NCBI RefSeq assembly: GCF_009914755.1
Contig: NC_060925.1
Reading direction: 5' to 3' (one strand)
DNA: 64,000 nt
Source: the human T2T-CHM13v2.0 reference genome, Homo sapiens
Shown piece after piece: positions 61,904 through 64,000 of this stretch; the first letter of the stretch is position 1; every line of letters begins with the position of its first letter. The translations under genes were made by a program, and so were the position numbers. Below the pieces are notes generated by a model. That model saw nothing but the letters and a program-made list of their open reading frames with translations. It did no database searches and was not told the DNA's origin.

Positions 61904-62799
61904 CTACTGAGCTCAAGTCACTGTCCGTGGAGTCCGGTGAGGATTACTGAGACTTAACCATCAGAACTGGCAAAAAGGGAACGCTTGTCAATCCCAGCCA
62001 GAGCGCTTTCAAGAGAATATGAGAGGGGAAAAAGAGAAAATGATGAATATCAGTTTCTCTTTTGAATTTTGCTTCCAGAAGCAGATATATATATATATAT
62101 ACTTATACAAAGATTCATTATTCATGTGAGAAACATTTATTGAGGCTCTAATCTCTGCAGGTTCTATTCTAGGCTCCGTGTACCCAGAAGTAAGCAGCAC
62201 AGTCCTTGCCCTTGGCTTCTCGCAAAGTAATCAGTGAATGAATGGGATGAAGCCTCACTTCTCCCACTGACAATTTTAGCTTCATTTTCATAGCTGTTCA
62301 AACAGATACTAGAAATCTGTGCCCTCTCTGTTTATGAAGTTCAGCATGTCCCAGCTTTTCTAACCTGTCCCTATTCCAAATGTTTTGACCTATTGCCATA
62401 CCATGTAGTCACACTGGATTCTAATTTTTGATTTAGAAAATGTGGTCATTACTGGATTATTTCGAGAATCAAAAGAATCAAAGAACATCACTTCTGTGAT
62501 GTGCTAAGTGCTCTATCAGTAGAAGGCATTATTCAAAACTGGCTTAGACTAGAGAGGCAGGTTCAGCCACTTCTTTCTTTGTGCATTCAGGGTAACCTGT
62601 ACGTCCTTCCTTCCCAGCACCAATCTCCTTTCTTTTTAATGTGTTTTAAGGTATATGCCTCTCATTCCAAATTGTATCTGACACAGGGCCTGGCACGCAG
62701 TCTAATTTCTCAGTAAAGATTTATTGAATTTCTGAATGGATGGATAAATGGTGGGGGCATAGACAAGTAGACAGCAAATTATGATTTAAGACAGAATGA

Positions 62800-63040
62800 A
62801 ATGATAATTACCACCACTAACATTTTTTGAGGACTTACTATATACAAATCCAATGCTAGTTCCTTTACATGCATTCTCTCACATCATTCTCACAGCTACA
62901 CCATGAGGTACATAGCATCGTGTCTCTTCCAGATGAGGAAACAGAGGCTCAGAGAGGTTAAATGACTTGCCCAAGACACCAAGGTCACCTGAAGACCTGG
63001 GAACTCCAGCTCGAGCAGCCCAGGCTGCTCACCCTGACCT
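62800..63040 (-). mobile_element. MIR
   Basis: cagatgaggaaacagaggctcagagaggttaaatgacttgcccaag. Confidence 0.9.
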
Positions 63041-63219
63041 AGCCAGAGGGTTACAGGAAATGTCCTTTGGCCCTTAGATTGTCCCTCCTTTGGTCCACTC
63101 AATTCAGAACCCAGACAATTGGCCATGAACCCACCACTTACGTCTTCACCCCTCCTTCATCAGGGCGGGTCAAGCTAGTCCAACCCTAGCAGCCGCTAGG
63201 AAGGAGCTGTCCAGAGCGT

Positions 63220-63365
63220 GGTTCATTCCTCTTTTATAGCCCTCGTCAAATTCCAAAGCAAGTCGTAAATTCATTAACCTCGTAGGGATTAAGCTGTGCA
63301 GCTTACTTAGCACCATAAACAAGATCATTGGGATGTTGATTTTCCCCTTTTATTGCTGCACTCAG
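63220..63365. promoter_or_regulatory. Candidate posterior-HOX/CDX enhancer
   Basis: TTTTATAG 63232, GTCGTAAA 63262, TCATTAA 63271, GGGATTAA 63285, CCATAAA 63313, TTTTATTG 63348. Confidence 0.55.
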
Positions 63366-63460
63366 GAAAGCCTAGCTGGCTCCAGCTCTGGAAATAGGAG
63401 TTGGCTCCCCTGAAGGTTGTCAGGATGGTGGGGAAACCCTAGCTGGCTGTCCCTCAGTAG

Positions 63461-63895
<435 letters not shown>

Positions 63896-64000
63896 TGAGC
63901 TGTCACCATGCATCCTGGGGAAAGGCAGAGGAGAGAAGCCCAAATGTCTACCCACCAGGTCACCTGGCTCTCCTGACAAAGATGGTATTAAGATGTCATC

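Overview
Primate (human-like) non-coding genomic DNA with no credible protein-coding exon; the listed ORFs are Alu-derived, L1/L2/L3-derived or chance ORFs. I recognise the 60-nt hairpin at 24375-24434 as pre-miR-5584. From memory this places the whole window inside the very large intron of RNF220 (chr1p34.1, + strand); it needs BLAT confirmation. A large share of the window is interspersed repeats: about 37 Alus, many L2/MIR/L3, L1 fragments including a twin-primed inverted L1MA, a Ricksha MULE transposon, MER5-type elements and an LTR33-like solo LTR. Between them lie about 10 repeat-free, AT-rich, CpG-retaining islands packed with homeodomain/HOX-PBX/SOX/FOX/POU motifs. The two strongest (~3.5-3.8 kb and ~15.6-15.9 kb, 12 kb apart) probably correspond to ultraconserved elements. 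The most system-like reading is an intronic developmental enhancer archipelago. Smaller novelties are a CTCF motif apparently created by a deletion inside an L2, a candidate poison exon over the first ultraconserved-like element, serial retrotransposon insertions into the same target site, and a miniature higher-order repeat. I found no CRISPR array and no new protein-based system. Repeat boundaries and subfamilies are approximate and judged by eye.
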